Shown: piece after piece, positions 39,661 to 52,306 of the stretch
How positions within the stretch are numbered: the stretch's first letter is position 1
Layout: each line of letters begins with the position of its first letter
Assembly (NCBI RefSeq): GCF_001194135.2
Contig: NC_069001.1
Location: 38,741,278-38,805,277 of the forward strand
From: Octopus bimaculoides
Taxonomy: Eukaryota
Length of the DNA: 64,000 nucleotides
Direction of reading: 5' to 3'
Program-made: the position numbers and the translations under genes
Notes under the pieces: generated by a model
Seen by the model: only the letters and a program-made list of their open reading frames with translations
Databases searched by the model: none
Told to the model about the DNA's origin: nothing

Positions 39661-39789
39661 GCGGTGACGATGACGATGATGTTCATGATGATGATGATAG
39701 TGATGGTTGTAGTAAAGGGTGGTGAATCATGTGACCTTTGTGAACGAACTTGAAAGACGTTCAAAGGTCTAAAGATAAAGATGGAGGGA

Positions 39790-39820
<31 letters not shown>

Positions 39821-40479
39821 AGAGAGAAGGGAGAGAGAGAGAGAAAGGGAGAGAAAGAGACGGAGGCGAGCATTAAATGTGATTATATATATACACACAT
39901 ATAGATATGTATATATGTGTATATACATTTGTGGTATACAATGTGTTTATACACTCTATACATGCGTACATATCACGCACACATATTAATATATATGTAT
40001 GTGTCCATATATATATATATCTATATATATATATTCCTATGTATATATGTGTATGAATGTATATATGTATACATTCATGTGTATATTGTATATATATATA
40101 TGTGCATATATGTGTATATATATACATGTGTGTATACCTGTGTATATCTGTATGAATATATATATGTGTATATATGTATATAAATATATATATATATATA
40201 TGTATGTGTATATATTTATGTGTGTGTATATGTGTATATATATGTATGTGTGTATATATGTATGTATGTATATATATGTATGTATATGTGTGTATATATA
40301 TTTATTATATATATATATATATATATATATCACTTCAGTTTTCAACACTCGTTTATGTTGTACAATCTAAGTGTATGTATAAAAGAAAGATTAAAAATAT
40401 GGAACAACAAGAGAATGTCACAAACGAAAAAGTCAAATAAAGAGGAAAAATAAATCAAGCGATATTGTGGGAGCGATTA

Positions 40480-40720
40480 TGGCGTTTTCAGTTATTGGGA
40501 GAAAAGTGTGTATTGTATGGATGACAAAATAGAAAGATTATAAGCAGGAACACTGTTATATCGGCTGGCAAGGAATTCCAGAAACGTGCAGAGATAGTAC
40601 ACGAACGCACCGCTGTAGGAAGGAATGGTTGGTTGCTGGTAAAACAGAGAAGAGAAGAACAATCGTTGAATCGAAGGTGAGATTGTAGGGTGAGTGTGGT
40701 GGTGATGGCGTTGGTGGATT
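40480..40720 (-). pseudogene. L2/CR1/Jockey-group LINE ORF2 C-terminal remnant
   Basis: Minus strand HHHTHP...SARFWNSLPAD...YNL resembles the terminal xxRLWNSLP...YNL motif. Confidence 0.5.
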
Positions 40721-40864
40721 TTAATGAATATATTTAACAGCAAAAATGGTGTTGAGCTAAAAATACAGAGGCATATATGTGGGAAGGTAAGTAGGTATGT
40801 ATGTGGGTAGGTGGATGGTTAGACAGACAGGCAGATAGACAAATTGACAGACAGACAGACAGAC

Positions 40865-40903
<39 letters not shown>

Positions 40904-43269
40904 CGGACAGTGATCGATAAACATAGATAGATAGATAGATTGACGAACAGTGTTCGAATGATAGATATATAGATAGATAAGTAGACAGATTGGTAGATAG
41001 ATAGATAGACAACTAGATAGATAGATAGATAGATAGATACAGAGAGAGAACGAGAGAGGAGAGAAGCAGATAGATAGATAGATAGATAGATAGGTAGATA
41101 GATAGCATATGAGAAAACAAACGAATGTCTGTGCATGTGAGCATAAGGTTCTCAATGAAATTGGTACTTATTATGTATGTGTGTGAGATAGATAGAGAGA
41201 GGGAGAGAGAGAGAGGGGGAGAGGGAGAGCGAGAAATTAGAGTTGAAAGACGACTTTTACAATCTCCGTTTCTGTTGACCTAATTGGGTTAGATTCTTTC
41301 TGAGCTTCAGTGTGTGTGTGTGTATGTGTGTGTGGTTGTGCGCGTGCGTTGTGTGTATGGTAACTGTAAAGAATGGNNNNNNNNNNNNNNNNNNNNNNNN
41401 NNNNNNNNNNNNNNNNNNNNNNNNNNNNNNNNNNNNNNNNNNNNNNNNNNNNNNNNNNNNNNNNNNNNNNNNNNNNNNNNNNNNNNNNNNNNNNNNNNNN
41501 NNNNNNNNNNNNNNNNNNNNNNNNNNNNNNNNNNNNNNNNNNNNNNNNNNNNNNNNNNNNNNNNNNNNNNNNNNNNNNNNNNNNNNNNNNNNNNNNNNNN
41601 NNNNNNNNNNNNNNNNNCTGTTGACCTAATTGGGTTAGATTCTTTCTGAGCTTCAGTGTGTGTGTGTGTATGTGTGTGTGGTTGTGCGCGTGCGTTGTGT
41701 GTATGGTAACTGTAAAGAATGGAAGAGAGTGTACTCAATACCGGACACCCAGTAATACTAATTTAATTCATTCAGCCGGAACCCAGAGACTACCAGTGGC
41801 TATGTTTTATTGAATCGAGATTGCCTTGGTATCTCCCTTATAAGTGTGTGTGTGTGTGCGTGCGGGTGCGTACACACACACACACACACTCACACACATA
41901 AAGAGAGATTTTATAGAATCACAAAACATGCGCAGCACAGCGAAAGTGAATTGTAAACAGATATCTCCCCCCTCTCTCTCTCTTTCGCTTTCCCTCTTTT
42001 TTTCTTTATATTCGCACGCACACAGCTACACACAAGTCTTTGCATACGCATGCTTTCTCTTCCTCTCCCTCTCTCATGCGTGCACACACGCACACCTACG
42101 CTTTCAAACACACATACGTACGCACGCTTTCTCTTTCCCCTCTCCTTCTCTCCCCCCCCACACAGACCGCACTCGCTATCACCACTTCCGTTCGCCATCT
42201 TTACCGGAACAACATCAAGACAACAAAGGAAGGCGCAATGTCGTCGCTAGATCTGCTAGTAATGGCAGCCAAATCTTCATATCAATTTCAAGTCGCATTC
42301 TGCTGCCTTTAATAAACGAAAGACACTTTGAATAATGTAGTCCTAGATATTCTGTTCCTGAAAACTGCGACGCGAGGTTTTGACTGGGAAGTCTTTTTTT
42401 TGTTTGTTTTTTCTTTGATGGTAAATCTGCTGGATTATGTCTGACCTGGGGCTAAACCACAATACGGTGTTCCTGGGAATTCGTCACCTCCACAACTTAC
42501 ACCACCACNNNNNNNNNNNNNNNNNNNNNNNNNNNNNNNNNNNNNNNNNNNNNNNNNNNNNNNNNNNNNNNNNNNNNNNNNNNNNNNNNNNNNNNNNNNN
42601 NNNNNNNNNNNNNNNNNNNNNNNNNNNNNNNNNNNNNNNNNNNNNNNNNNNNNNNNNNNNNNNNNNNNNNNNNNNNNNNNNNNNNNNNNNNNNNNNNNNN
42701 NNNNNNNNNNNNNNNNNNNNNNNNNNNNNNNNNNNNNNNNNNNNNNNNNNNNNNNNNNNNNNNNNNNNNNNNNNNNNNNNNNNNNNNNNNNNNNNNNNNN
42801 NNNNNNNNNNNNNNNNNNNNNNNNNNNNNNNNNNNNNNNNNNNNNNNNNNNNNNNNNNNNNNNNNNNNNNNNNNNNNNNNNNNNNNNNNNNNNNNNNNNN
42901 NNNNNNNNNNNNNNNNNNNNNNNNNNNNNNNNNNNNNNNNNNNNNNNNNNNNNNNNNNNNNNNNNNNNNNNNNNNNNNNNNNNNNNNNNNNNNNNNNNNN
43001 NNNNNNNNNNNNNNNNNNNNNNNNNNNNNNNNNNNNNNNNNNNNNNNNNNNNNNNNNNNNNNNNNNNNNNNNNNNNNNNNNNNAGAACGTAAAGCTGGAT
43101 GAAATGCCGCTAAGCATTTTGTCCGGGAGTGAAAACGATTTTGTCAGCTCACGACTATAATAGCGATGATGATGATGATGATGATGATGAAGAAGAATAT
43201 GTTCATCATAGTGAAGAAAGAATATTGTCTGTGGTCTGAAATATATGAAAAAAAAAAACCTCAAAAGTC

Positions 43270-43860
43270 ATTGAAACAGTAAAAGAATTAAAAACAAAGA
43301 AGAACGGCAGAAAAAAAATAGTTGGAAAAAAGAAGAAATTACTTGGCTAATTCATGCAACAAACAGGATGTTGGAAGTAAAAAAAATACTGCTTATGACT
43401 GACAGATGGAAACCCCAAACGAGAAACTGAATCGTTGATTGTTGCCGCTCAGAAAGCAGTCATTGAGATAAATCTGACGAAGGCAAAGATTGGCAAAACT
43501 CAGTTGGAGAGCAAACGCAGAATCCGTGCAAAAGGAAAAGAATGTATTAATCAGTTCTTGAGTGAATGCAGTAAACTATCGTAAGAAGAATATAAACAGA
43601 GGAATGTCTCTGTATAGGTAAAAGTGTGTTGTGAGATATTAGCCGAGTGTGTGGCCTGGAAATGACAGGAAAGTGGCATAAATGCTAAGCAGAGGCTGTG
43701 ACAGAGAATAAGCAATACAAGATTTTATGGGACTTCCCCACAAAACTAATCGTACTATTGAAGCCAGAAGACCAGAAATGATTCTAGAGGATAAAAGAAA
43801 CAAACAGTGAAAATTCATTGATTTTGCTATACCAAAATGGTAATAGAGTGGATCTCAAGG
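43270..43860 (+). pseudogene. R4/Dong-like (R2 group, RLE) non-LTR retrotransposon C-terminal fragment
   Basis: KRETESLIVAAQ...AKIGKTQLESK(C>R)RI(C>R)...INQFLSECSKL..EYKQR...KILWDFP..RTIEARRPEMILEDKRNKQ*KFIDFAIP: decayed CCHC knuckle and RPD...D endonuclease motif. Confidence 0.85.
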
Positions 43861-44631
43861 TTTGAGTTTCAAAGTTTGACAACTTGTGTTGCCTTGTTTA
43901 TGTTCCGATATGTTAAGTTCAGCAATGTAGTACATTGCCAAACTGCTAATGTAGACGGACATGCGCCAGCATGGCCAAAGGCGTATTGGCTGAAACAAGC
44001 AAAATATATGTAGTAGAAGTATGTTAACCATTTAGCTGTTTCGGCTTAAATTGGCTCATATCAGTTTGTACGCCTGTTTTCTGCAAGTGGTCACATAACC
44101 TGGTCGTGTAATGGATTTAGCCCTTCTGTCATCGATCTAGCCCTTTTCGCGCTCCTCGCATCATGTGACAGACAAACCGAGCTGATGGTAGCCTACCATC
44201 AGCTACATAACAAAACCTTTCCCGCTATTTCTGTAGTGAAGTGAGTTGCGCGGTCGAGTTTGTATCTCCGTAGAGAGGAAGTTTATTTCGTAGGTAGCTT
44301 CCGGTATCCTTTGACGCGTACGTTTGCTCCTGTCATCCAGCAGAAGTCTTGTCTCGTATTTGTTTTCCTGTTCTACGCCGCATGAGTCATGTACAAACTG
44401 CACGAGAAACCATTTGCTGACAGTAGATTTCAAGATGCATCTCAACACTTTTGCCGTATTAATTGCTCTTTAACGGGTTGTTCAACCCGTTAAAGAGCAT
44501 TTAAACCTCCTGGTTTTCTGTTTCCTTCCTTTATCTACACACATACGTATATTAGAACTCAAATCAGCTTTAACCCTCAGCGCAACCAATCCCGTTAAAC
44601 ACACACGCACACACTCATATCTGTGTATGTA

Positions 44632-44666
<35 letters not shown>

Positions 44667-45655
44667 NNNNNNNNNNNNNNNNNNNNNNNNNNNNNNNNNN
44701 NNNNNNNNNNNNNNNNNNNNNNNNNNNNNNNNNNNNNNNNNNNNNNNNNNNNNNNNNNNNNNNNNNNNNNNNNNNNNNNNNNNNNNNNNNNNNNNNNNNN
44801 NNNNNNNNNNNNNNNNNNNNNNNNNNNNNNNNNNNNNNNNNNNNNNNNNNNNNNNNNNNNNNNNNNNNNNNNNNNNNNNNNNNNNNNNNNNNNNNNNNNN
44901 NNNNNNNNNNNNNNNNNNNNNNTATATATATATATATATATATATATATGCATGTGTGTGTGTGTGTGTGCATATGTATTCCAAATTTCACCAAAGTAAT
45001 TACTACCTTGAAATCTTATAATTTGTCTTTACCGAAAACATACAAATTTACTGAAGTTTGTGAATCTTGCGTAATAAACGTTGAAATTATTGAATCGGGA
45101 TGCGGTACCGGTCAAATCTAAAAAAAACGTATTTTGTGTTTCAAGAAAATTTCAACGTATTTATTTATAAAATAACATTTCCCATCCAAATTTTTTGCAA
45201 ATGGCGACCATGTAACATTAATAAACACCCTTTAACATTCGCCCCGAAATATCGAGTGTGTAATAAAGATAAATACTATTTATGAAACACATTCGAATAT
45301 ATATTATTCTTTAAAGAAACAATGATATAACAATAAGTTCAATGGCAATCAACGATATCATTCAAATGGTTTTTGTGGGGGGGGGGGTTTTGTTGGTTTT
45401 TTTCTCTCGATATAAAGAAGTAAAATTCTGCATCAGTTTTTATAGATTTATTGCTCTGGATAGATCTGAAGGAGACATCAGTTACTGTTTGCGTATAATG
45501 TTTAGTACACTTTATAAAACAAATCTATCTATCTATCCATCTATCTATATATCTATCTGCTTATCTATTTATTTATTTATCAATCAATCAATCTATCTAT
45601 CTGTCAATCTGTCTGCATGTCTATCTGTCTGTATGTCTATCTGTCTGTATGTCTA

Positions 45656-45695
<40 letters not shown>

Positions 45696-45995
45696 TGTGT
45701 GTATATATATACAGACGTATGTTGATGCAAACAGGAAAAATAGACTCAAAATATGAGTATATGTATATATTTTTATTAATATTTAGCAGAAGTAACAGAG
45801 TGACTCAAGGTCCGAGAGTTTCGTGCATTGGCACATATCAAACTAGGTATGCACACTGGTGCGCGCGCACACACACATGCATATACGAACTATATATCAG
45901 TTTATCATCTATTCACCTGTACATATGTCTCCTCCCTCCCCCTCTCTTTATCTAACTCCCCTTTTCCCTTTAGCTCTTTATATACAATTATGTAT

Positions 45996-46065
<70 letters not shown>

Positions 46066-46470
46066 GTAGATATACATGCACAAACGCCATCGGTGACAGA
46101 TGTCAATATGACCTGATAGCATAAAGCGACAGTTTAAAGCGACCGACGTTGTGGCGGGAAGAGGAAGATAATCTCGGAGGAGGAGGGGGAGGAGGAGAGT
46201 TGCATCATGGGACACTTGGATTTTCCTTTGGGAGAAAGAAAAAACAAAAAAGAGAGAAGAGAAAAAAGGAAGAAGAAAAAACCTTTGTCCAAGGACTCAC
46301 TGGAGAGAGGAAATATCAACCAGGAACTGATCTAGGCCCCTCGAGGCATTCGGAAAGCCTGGATACATACATACATACATACATACATACATGCATGCAT
46401 GTATACGCACGCGCACGTGCACATATCTGCGTGTGTGTGTATGTGTGTATATGTGTATGTGTGTGTGTGT

Positions 46471-46533
46471 GAATATCTAGATATCCACAATGTGACAGGG
46501 GCAGAAACGGTCAAAGGCAAATATTTTGACAAT
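46471..46533 (+). repeat. 63 bp direct repeat, copy 1 (copy 2 at 48218-48280)
   Basis: gaatatcta(g/a)atatccacaatgtgacaggggcagaa(a/g)cggtcaaaggcaaatattttgacaat; 61 of 63 positions identical. Confidence 0.92.
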
Positions 46534-46685
46534 GGGCTTCTTTCAATTTCCGTCTACCAAATCCACTCACAAGGCTCTGGTCGGCCCGAAGCTATAGTAG
46601 AAGACACTTGCCCAAGGTTCCACGCAGTGGGACTGAACCCGGGACCATGTGGTTGGTAAGCAAGCTACTTACCACACAGCCATTT
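46534..46685 (-). mobile_element. SINE group B 5' half, little decayed
   Basis: gggcttctttcaatttccgtctaccaaatccactcacaagg...cttaccacacagcc. Confidence 0.9.
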
Positions 46686-46686
46686 A

Positions 46687-46717
<31 letters not shown>

Positions 46718-47185
46718 NNNNNNNNNNNNNNNNNNNNNNNNNNNNNNNNNNNNNNNNNNNNNNNNNNNNNNNNNNNNNNNNNNNNNNNNNNNNNNNNNNN
46801 NNNNNNNNNNNNNNNNNNNNNNNNNNNNNNNNNNNNNNNNNNNNNNNNNNNNNNNNNNNNNNNNNNNNNNNNNNNNNNNNNNNNNNNNNNNNNNNNNNNN
46901 NNNNNNNNNNNNNNNNNNNNNNNNNNNNNNNNNNNNNNNNNNNNNNNNNNNNNNNNNNNNNNNNNNNNNNNNNNNNNNNNNNNNNNNNNNNNNNNNNNNN
47001 NNNNNNNNNNNNNNNNNNNNNNNNNNNNNNNNNNNNNNNNNNNNNNNNNNNNNNNNNNNNNNNNNNNNNNNNNNNNNNNNNNNNNNNNNNNNNNNNNNNN
47101 NNNNNNNNNNNNNNNNNNNNNNNNNNNNNNNNNNNNNNNNNNNNNNNNNNNNNNNNNNNNNNNNNNNNNNNNNNNNNNNNNNNNN

Positions 47186-47227
<42 letters not shown>

Positions 47228-47431
47228 GCGTATGTGTGTATATGTATGTGTGTACTGCAAATAGTTCAGTGTGATCATTTCAGCCAGGGTTCCTGTAGAT
47301 AACAATAACCGGATTAGAATATTGTCAAGCCGAGGATGTAACAATGTCCTGAGCGTGTTTGGGACTAATTTTTATAACATCAACTGTTTTGGCAATATAC
47401 GATTTTAAGAGGCTTGCATCTATCTATCTAC

Positions 47432-47469
<38 letters not shown>

Positions 47470-47475
47470 GTCTGC

Positions 47476-47526
<51 letters not shown>

Positions 47527-47531
47527 CCTAC

Positions 47532-47584
<53 letters not shown>

Positions 47585-47636
47585 AATTAATTTCTCTCTC
47601 TCTCTTAATCTTTATCGATCAATTTATCAATTAATT

Positions 47637-47685
<49 letters not shown>

Positions 47686-47746
47686 CCTTCCCTCCCCCTC
47701 TCTCTCTCTTTGTCTCTGTCTCTGTCTGTTTCTTTCTCTGTCTGTC

Positions 47747-47783
<37 letters not shown>

Positions 47784-48277
47784 ATGTCTCTCTCTCTCTC
47801 TCTCTGTCCCTCTCACCTGTATGTATATCTGTGTGAATTTTTTTGGTCGGAAATTTTCAATAGTTTTAGATCGTTTTTCAAATATTATCAAAACCAAGAA
47901 GTTTTTGTATGAAAAAAAGTAAAACTTTTTTCATCCGGAAATCTAAACCCCGTTAACATCTGAATTATTTCTCATTCTAAGATGATTTAATATAAAATTA
48001 GAAATAAAACGTAGCGTGTCGTACAATACGTCATGCGGTGTTTCTTCCGGTATTTTACGTTCTAAGTTCAAACCTCGCAGCAGACAACATGGCATTTTAT
48101 ATCCCTAGAGGTCACTAAAATCAAGAACCAGTGAAAGATTGGTATCTCTGGAATCGACTTGACTCCTTGCCTCTAAATCCGCAGGCCTTGTGCCTAATTG
48201 GAAACAAGTGTTAAAAGGAATATCTAAATATCCACAATGTGACAGGGGCAGAAGCGGTCAAAGGCAAATATTTTGAC

Positions 48278-48333
<56 letters not shown>

Positions 48334-48665
48334 CGATAATAATAATAATAAATTCTTTTATTGGCCACAAGGGCTTACATAAAAACAACATGAAATGACA
48401 AAACGGGACGATACAAAGGGTTTTAAAGCGTGTAAAAAAAAAAAATTCAGCAAATAAAACTCCCAATAGGGGGAGGCGCTTTAAGGCTACTGGTGGAAAA
48501 GCCACGGGTGCCTGGTCAACAGGGCAATAACCCTTCTTTTATTTTTCACAGGCGCATGCTCAAAAGGGGTCCCTTCACACTGGCCATTTTTCCCACCTTT
48601 CAACAAATTAGTTAGAAGGCAACACTGCCCTCTCCACCCTCACTTTCCTCTTCAAGTAAAACCTG
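48278..48665 (-). mobile_element. Tx1-like LINE 3' fragment with long (ATT)n at its 3' end
   Basis: FRFYLKRKVRVER and a 3' UTR homologous to 26400-26730; (AAT)n at 48278-48350. Confidence 0.85.
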
Positions 48666-48669
48666 AAAT

Positions 48670-48880
48670 AGAAATAATAATATTTTCTACTATAAGCACA
48701 AGGCCTGAAACTTTGGCGGGGGGGGGGGTCTAGTCGATTACATCGACCCCAATGCGTAACTGGTACTTATTTCATCCACCCCTAAAATATGAAAGGCAAA
48801 ATCAACCTCAGCGGAATTTGAACTGAGAACATAAAGACGGACGAAAATGCCGCTAAGCATTTTGTCCGGCTCGCCACCTT
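48670..48880 (-). mobile_element. SINE group A abutting the Tx1 fragment
   Basis: Head taaggtggcgagccggacaaaatgcttagcgg, core, and tail aggccttgtgcttatagtagaaaatattattatt on the minus strand. Confidence 0.88.
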
Positions 48881-49589
48881 AATTGGATTGATAATAATCC
48901 TTTCTATTACAGGTACAATTTTGGGGAAGGTGATAACTCGTTTCTATCGATCTCAGTGCACAACTGCCACATATTTTAATCGACCTCAAAAGGATGAAAA
49001 GTAGAGTCGACCCTGGCGGGATTCGAACTGGCTTTGTAACTATGAGAAAATTAAATCTCATTATATACCGTATTTGGTGATGCAAAATATGCACAGGGAT
49101 ACTAAATGAACCTCAATTTCAGCAGCGCTTATCCTGGAAAAAATTGTTTTCAATGCATCAAAGTATGTAATGCAGACCCAAGTTTGTGTATAGGACCAGG
49201 GGGCGATTTCTATGAAGTATTGTAAAAAAAAAGGGATTTTTTTGTTCTTATGGTTTTATTTCCGTTCACCTCGAAATATCTTTAACGAAAACTGAAAGAT
49301 CTTGATATATAAAACCATTTGTTACCTCAACGTGGAATACGTTAGCCCTGCTTTGGACCCGTAAATGAAGACATCAACAGCCTTGAATTTTAGGGGAATG
49401 AGAAATAGTTTTAATTTCTGGCGTATTTATATTTCAAGAAAAAAAAAAAGAAACCCTTTGCATAGATAATCTCATACTTAGATCGGAGTACGTTCTTGGT
49501 AGAGCAGAGGTTTATGGATTTACGTCTTTAGGGACCAGCTACGGCAGCTATGAGGGTACAAAGATTGACATATCTACACAACTATGCCC

Positions 49590-49945
49590 CCGACTTTGTT
49601 TCCTCATAACTTTCAGAAAAATGCATATTTTTAGTGAAATGTTTTACAAATGCTTTTCAGATGGTGTAAATTATTTAAGAATTTAATGTAAAAAAGAAAA
49701 AAACATTAGTGGGCGCACACATATACTTATTTGCACTCTTCACATATCTATAAAAAAAAATTGGAAATTTTGAAAAGAATTATGAGATTTGTGTCATTAT
49801 GTATGTGTGCGTGTCCAACAATTGTTTTTTTCACATTAAATTCCGATATAATCGGAATCTACACTATACACAAGGTATTTGAAAAAGAAAATTCATGAAA
49901 ACTATTTCAATTTTTTCTGAAAGACATGAGGAAACAACACAATGA
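49590..49945. mobile_element. Degenerate inverted-repeat (MITE-like) remnant
   Basis: tgtttcctcataactttcagaaaaa (~49597) versus tttttctgaaagacatgaggaaaca (~49911-49936), with patchy complementarity extending ~75 bp inward. Confidence 0.45.
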
Positions 49946-50799
49946 AACTTTCACGTGGATATATCTGCTACGTAGATAGGCAGACGACATCTCTTGGTGG
50001 AGTAGAGGTTTGGGGCTCCACCTCATTGGGTATGAGGAGACATACGATTAAGGGTTTTACTACAGAAGACAAGATTTTGCCGACCACATTGACAGCGGTT
50101 CAGGAAAAAAAAATATATTGGCGGGCGGGGTTGGGGAAAAAATATTGGTGGGCGGGCGGGCGGAGTTGGGTAAAACAAATAGAAATGATATTTTAAGGAA
50201 TAAATATCGACATCAAAGCAATATAAAAAATCTTATTTTAATCACTGGCCGTCCTAAAAATATAAGAAATATTAACACAGCGAAGCGCTAAATAAAAGTA
50301 AAATATGGACGAGCCACAGACATGGGGATACGAACGAATACAAACCGAATAAGATGGAAGACGATCCCATCCTAATAAAAATCTAACAATGAGGGAGTTG
50401 AAGAAGGGACAAAAGATTTATTTAAACAGAGAATATGTCTAGAACGAATCCAAAATACGAATGGAAGAAAGCATTGTAAATTTAGAATTTGTGGAACACC
50501 AATTTCCTTCTCTCTGCTTTGTGTAAAAATCTTCCGTCAGTTACACACCCGCACAGAAATTAAATCTATAAGCGAAGCTAAACTGATAATTTGTTTAATC
50601 TATCAAGTAGGAGATACAGAGAAACGGTAGAGCGTCGGATAAAATGCATTGTGGTATTTAGTTACGAACCTTCACGTTCGGAGTTCAAATCCCATCGAGC
50701 TCAAACTAGCTTAGGATTTAATTTGGTCAAATAAAGTTTTGGGTCGGTTTAATATTTCTGTAAATGGGATCATGATAAAATACTTAATATTTATAATTG

Positions 50800-51765
50800 C
50801 TTAATTTGACTGGGAAGACGTTCCAGATATGACCACCATACTCATTATTCACAGTGTATTTCGTACATCATTATTCGATGTTTAAAGCCACTTAAACTAT
50901 ACTGCTGTTCAGCCCCAAGCCAGCTCTTTAGAAGCAAACCTATAATCAAAGCCGTCCCAACCATGGCCATCACATCTGTTATTCAGACAGTATATTTCGT
51001 ACAATATTATTCAATTCATTACTTTTTAAGACAATAGGGAATTTTTAGCTGCTATTTCTAGCAAGTCTAACGACCATCCCTAAAAGAGCTGTTTGTTGTT
51101 GTTGTTTAACCCTAGGGCGGTACTACTAAAGCAGCACGGTCCCGAACGCGCAGTCGCGTGTCCGCGCCAGCCAGTCTTGAGTGGTCGATCCTAACCCCAA
51201 CCCTATCCGCAACCCTAACCCTAAACACGTATTCATTTGCACACGCGGGTTAGGGTTAGAGTTAGGGATAGGGTTAGGGTTAGGGTTAGGGTTAGGGACA
51301 GGGTTAGGGTTAGGGTTAGGGTTAGTGACAGGGTCAGGGCTAGGATCGACCACTCACGACTAGCTAGCCCGGACACGCGACTGCGCGACCGTGCGCTCGA
51401 GACCGTGCTGCTTCAGTAGTACCCCCTAGGGCAAGGCTGAACGAGCAGACCTTGTGAATCAAAGGCATTCCAACCGTAGCCATCTTGAAGTAGGGGGACT
51501 TTTAGCTGTTATTTCTTATAAGTCCAGCGGCCATATTAAGGCTCCCAGTTTGTTGCTGTTGTTTAACCCTAGGTCAAAGCAGAACGACCCTTGAAATCAA
51601 AAGCATAAAAGTATTCCAAACGTGACCATCCCGACTCGTTTTAGGTTATATACTCCACCAACATTATCTAAAATGTTCTTTCCTTATTTGAGACAAAAGG
51701 ACATGATACGAAGTAAATTTCGCTGCTATTTCTAGCAAGCGTACAAACCACCTCCAGGCACCTCC
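50800..51765 (-). repeat. Head-to-tail array of 3-4 group C units, hosting the telomeric MITE
   Basis: Units beginning gttgttt(aa)ccc(t/c)ag recur at about 50905, 51092 and 51550; gctgctatttctagc or a decayed variant lies near each unit end. Confidence 0.75.
51116..51426. mobile_element. MITE with ~80 bp TIRs and internal outward-facing telomeric repeats; 3 bp TSD TAG (PIF/Harbinger-like by inference)
   Basis: Left end ggcggtactactaaagcagcacggtc...gagtggtcgatccta; right end reverse complement gggggtactactgaagcagcacggtc...gagtggtcgatccta; TAG at 51113-51115 and 51427-51429; CCCTAA-like units 51190-51223, TTAGGG-like units 51248-51342. Confidence 0.85.
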
Positions 51766-52250
51766 CATACTATTGGCGAAGTTATGTGAACATTGCTTCA
51801 TCATCTGGTACCTCGCAGCCATGTTAGCTTGTACATAGACATAAGACCACACATTTTCTGAGCCTGTTCGCCCTCTATCGCTTTCTTCCTGAACATCACG
51901 GATTATTGTTATTAAATCTCTTTAATCATACTTCCTTATTTTATGCTAAAACCACGATATACAACGATTGTATTTTAATATCAAAAACTACAATCCTTCT
52001 CCCTTCTTCATTATAACATTTCGTTTTCTTCAAAACAGACATGGTTTGTGTGTGTATGTGTGTGTGTGCGTGTCTAATGTGTGTTGTATGTACACCTAAG
52101 TACGTATAATTGTGTGTGTGTGTGTGTGTGTGTGTATGTCAGCTAAATATAATTTATCTATCCATCTATCTTATCAGTCTATCTGTCTTTCTGTCAGTCT
52201 CCTTGTTGGTCTATTTGTCTGTCTGTCTGCCTGCCTGTCAGTTTGCTTGT

Positions 52251-52306
<56 letters not shown>

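Noticed and set aside
41272-41722. Identical 105 bp sequence on both sides of an N gap
   Set aside because: 100% identity ending exactly at the gap edges indicates an assembly overlap.
51190-51342. Ancient telomere-telomere fusion site
   Set aside because: The orientation is CCCTAA then TTAGGG (a fusion gives the reverse), and the tract lies inside TIRs with a TSD.
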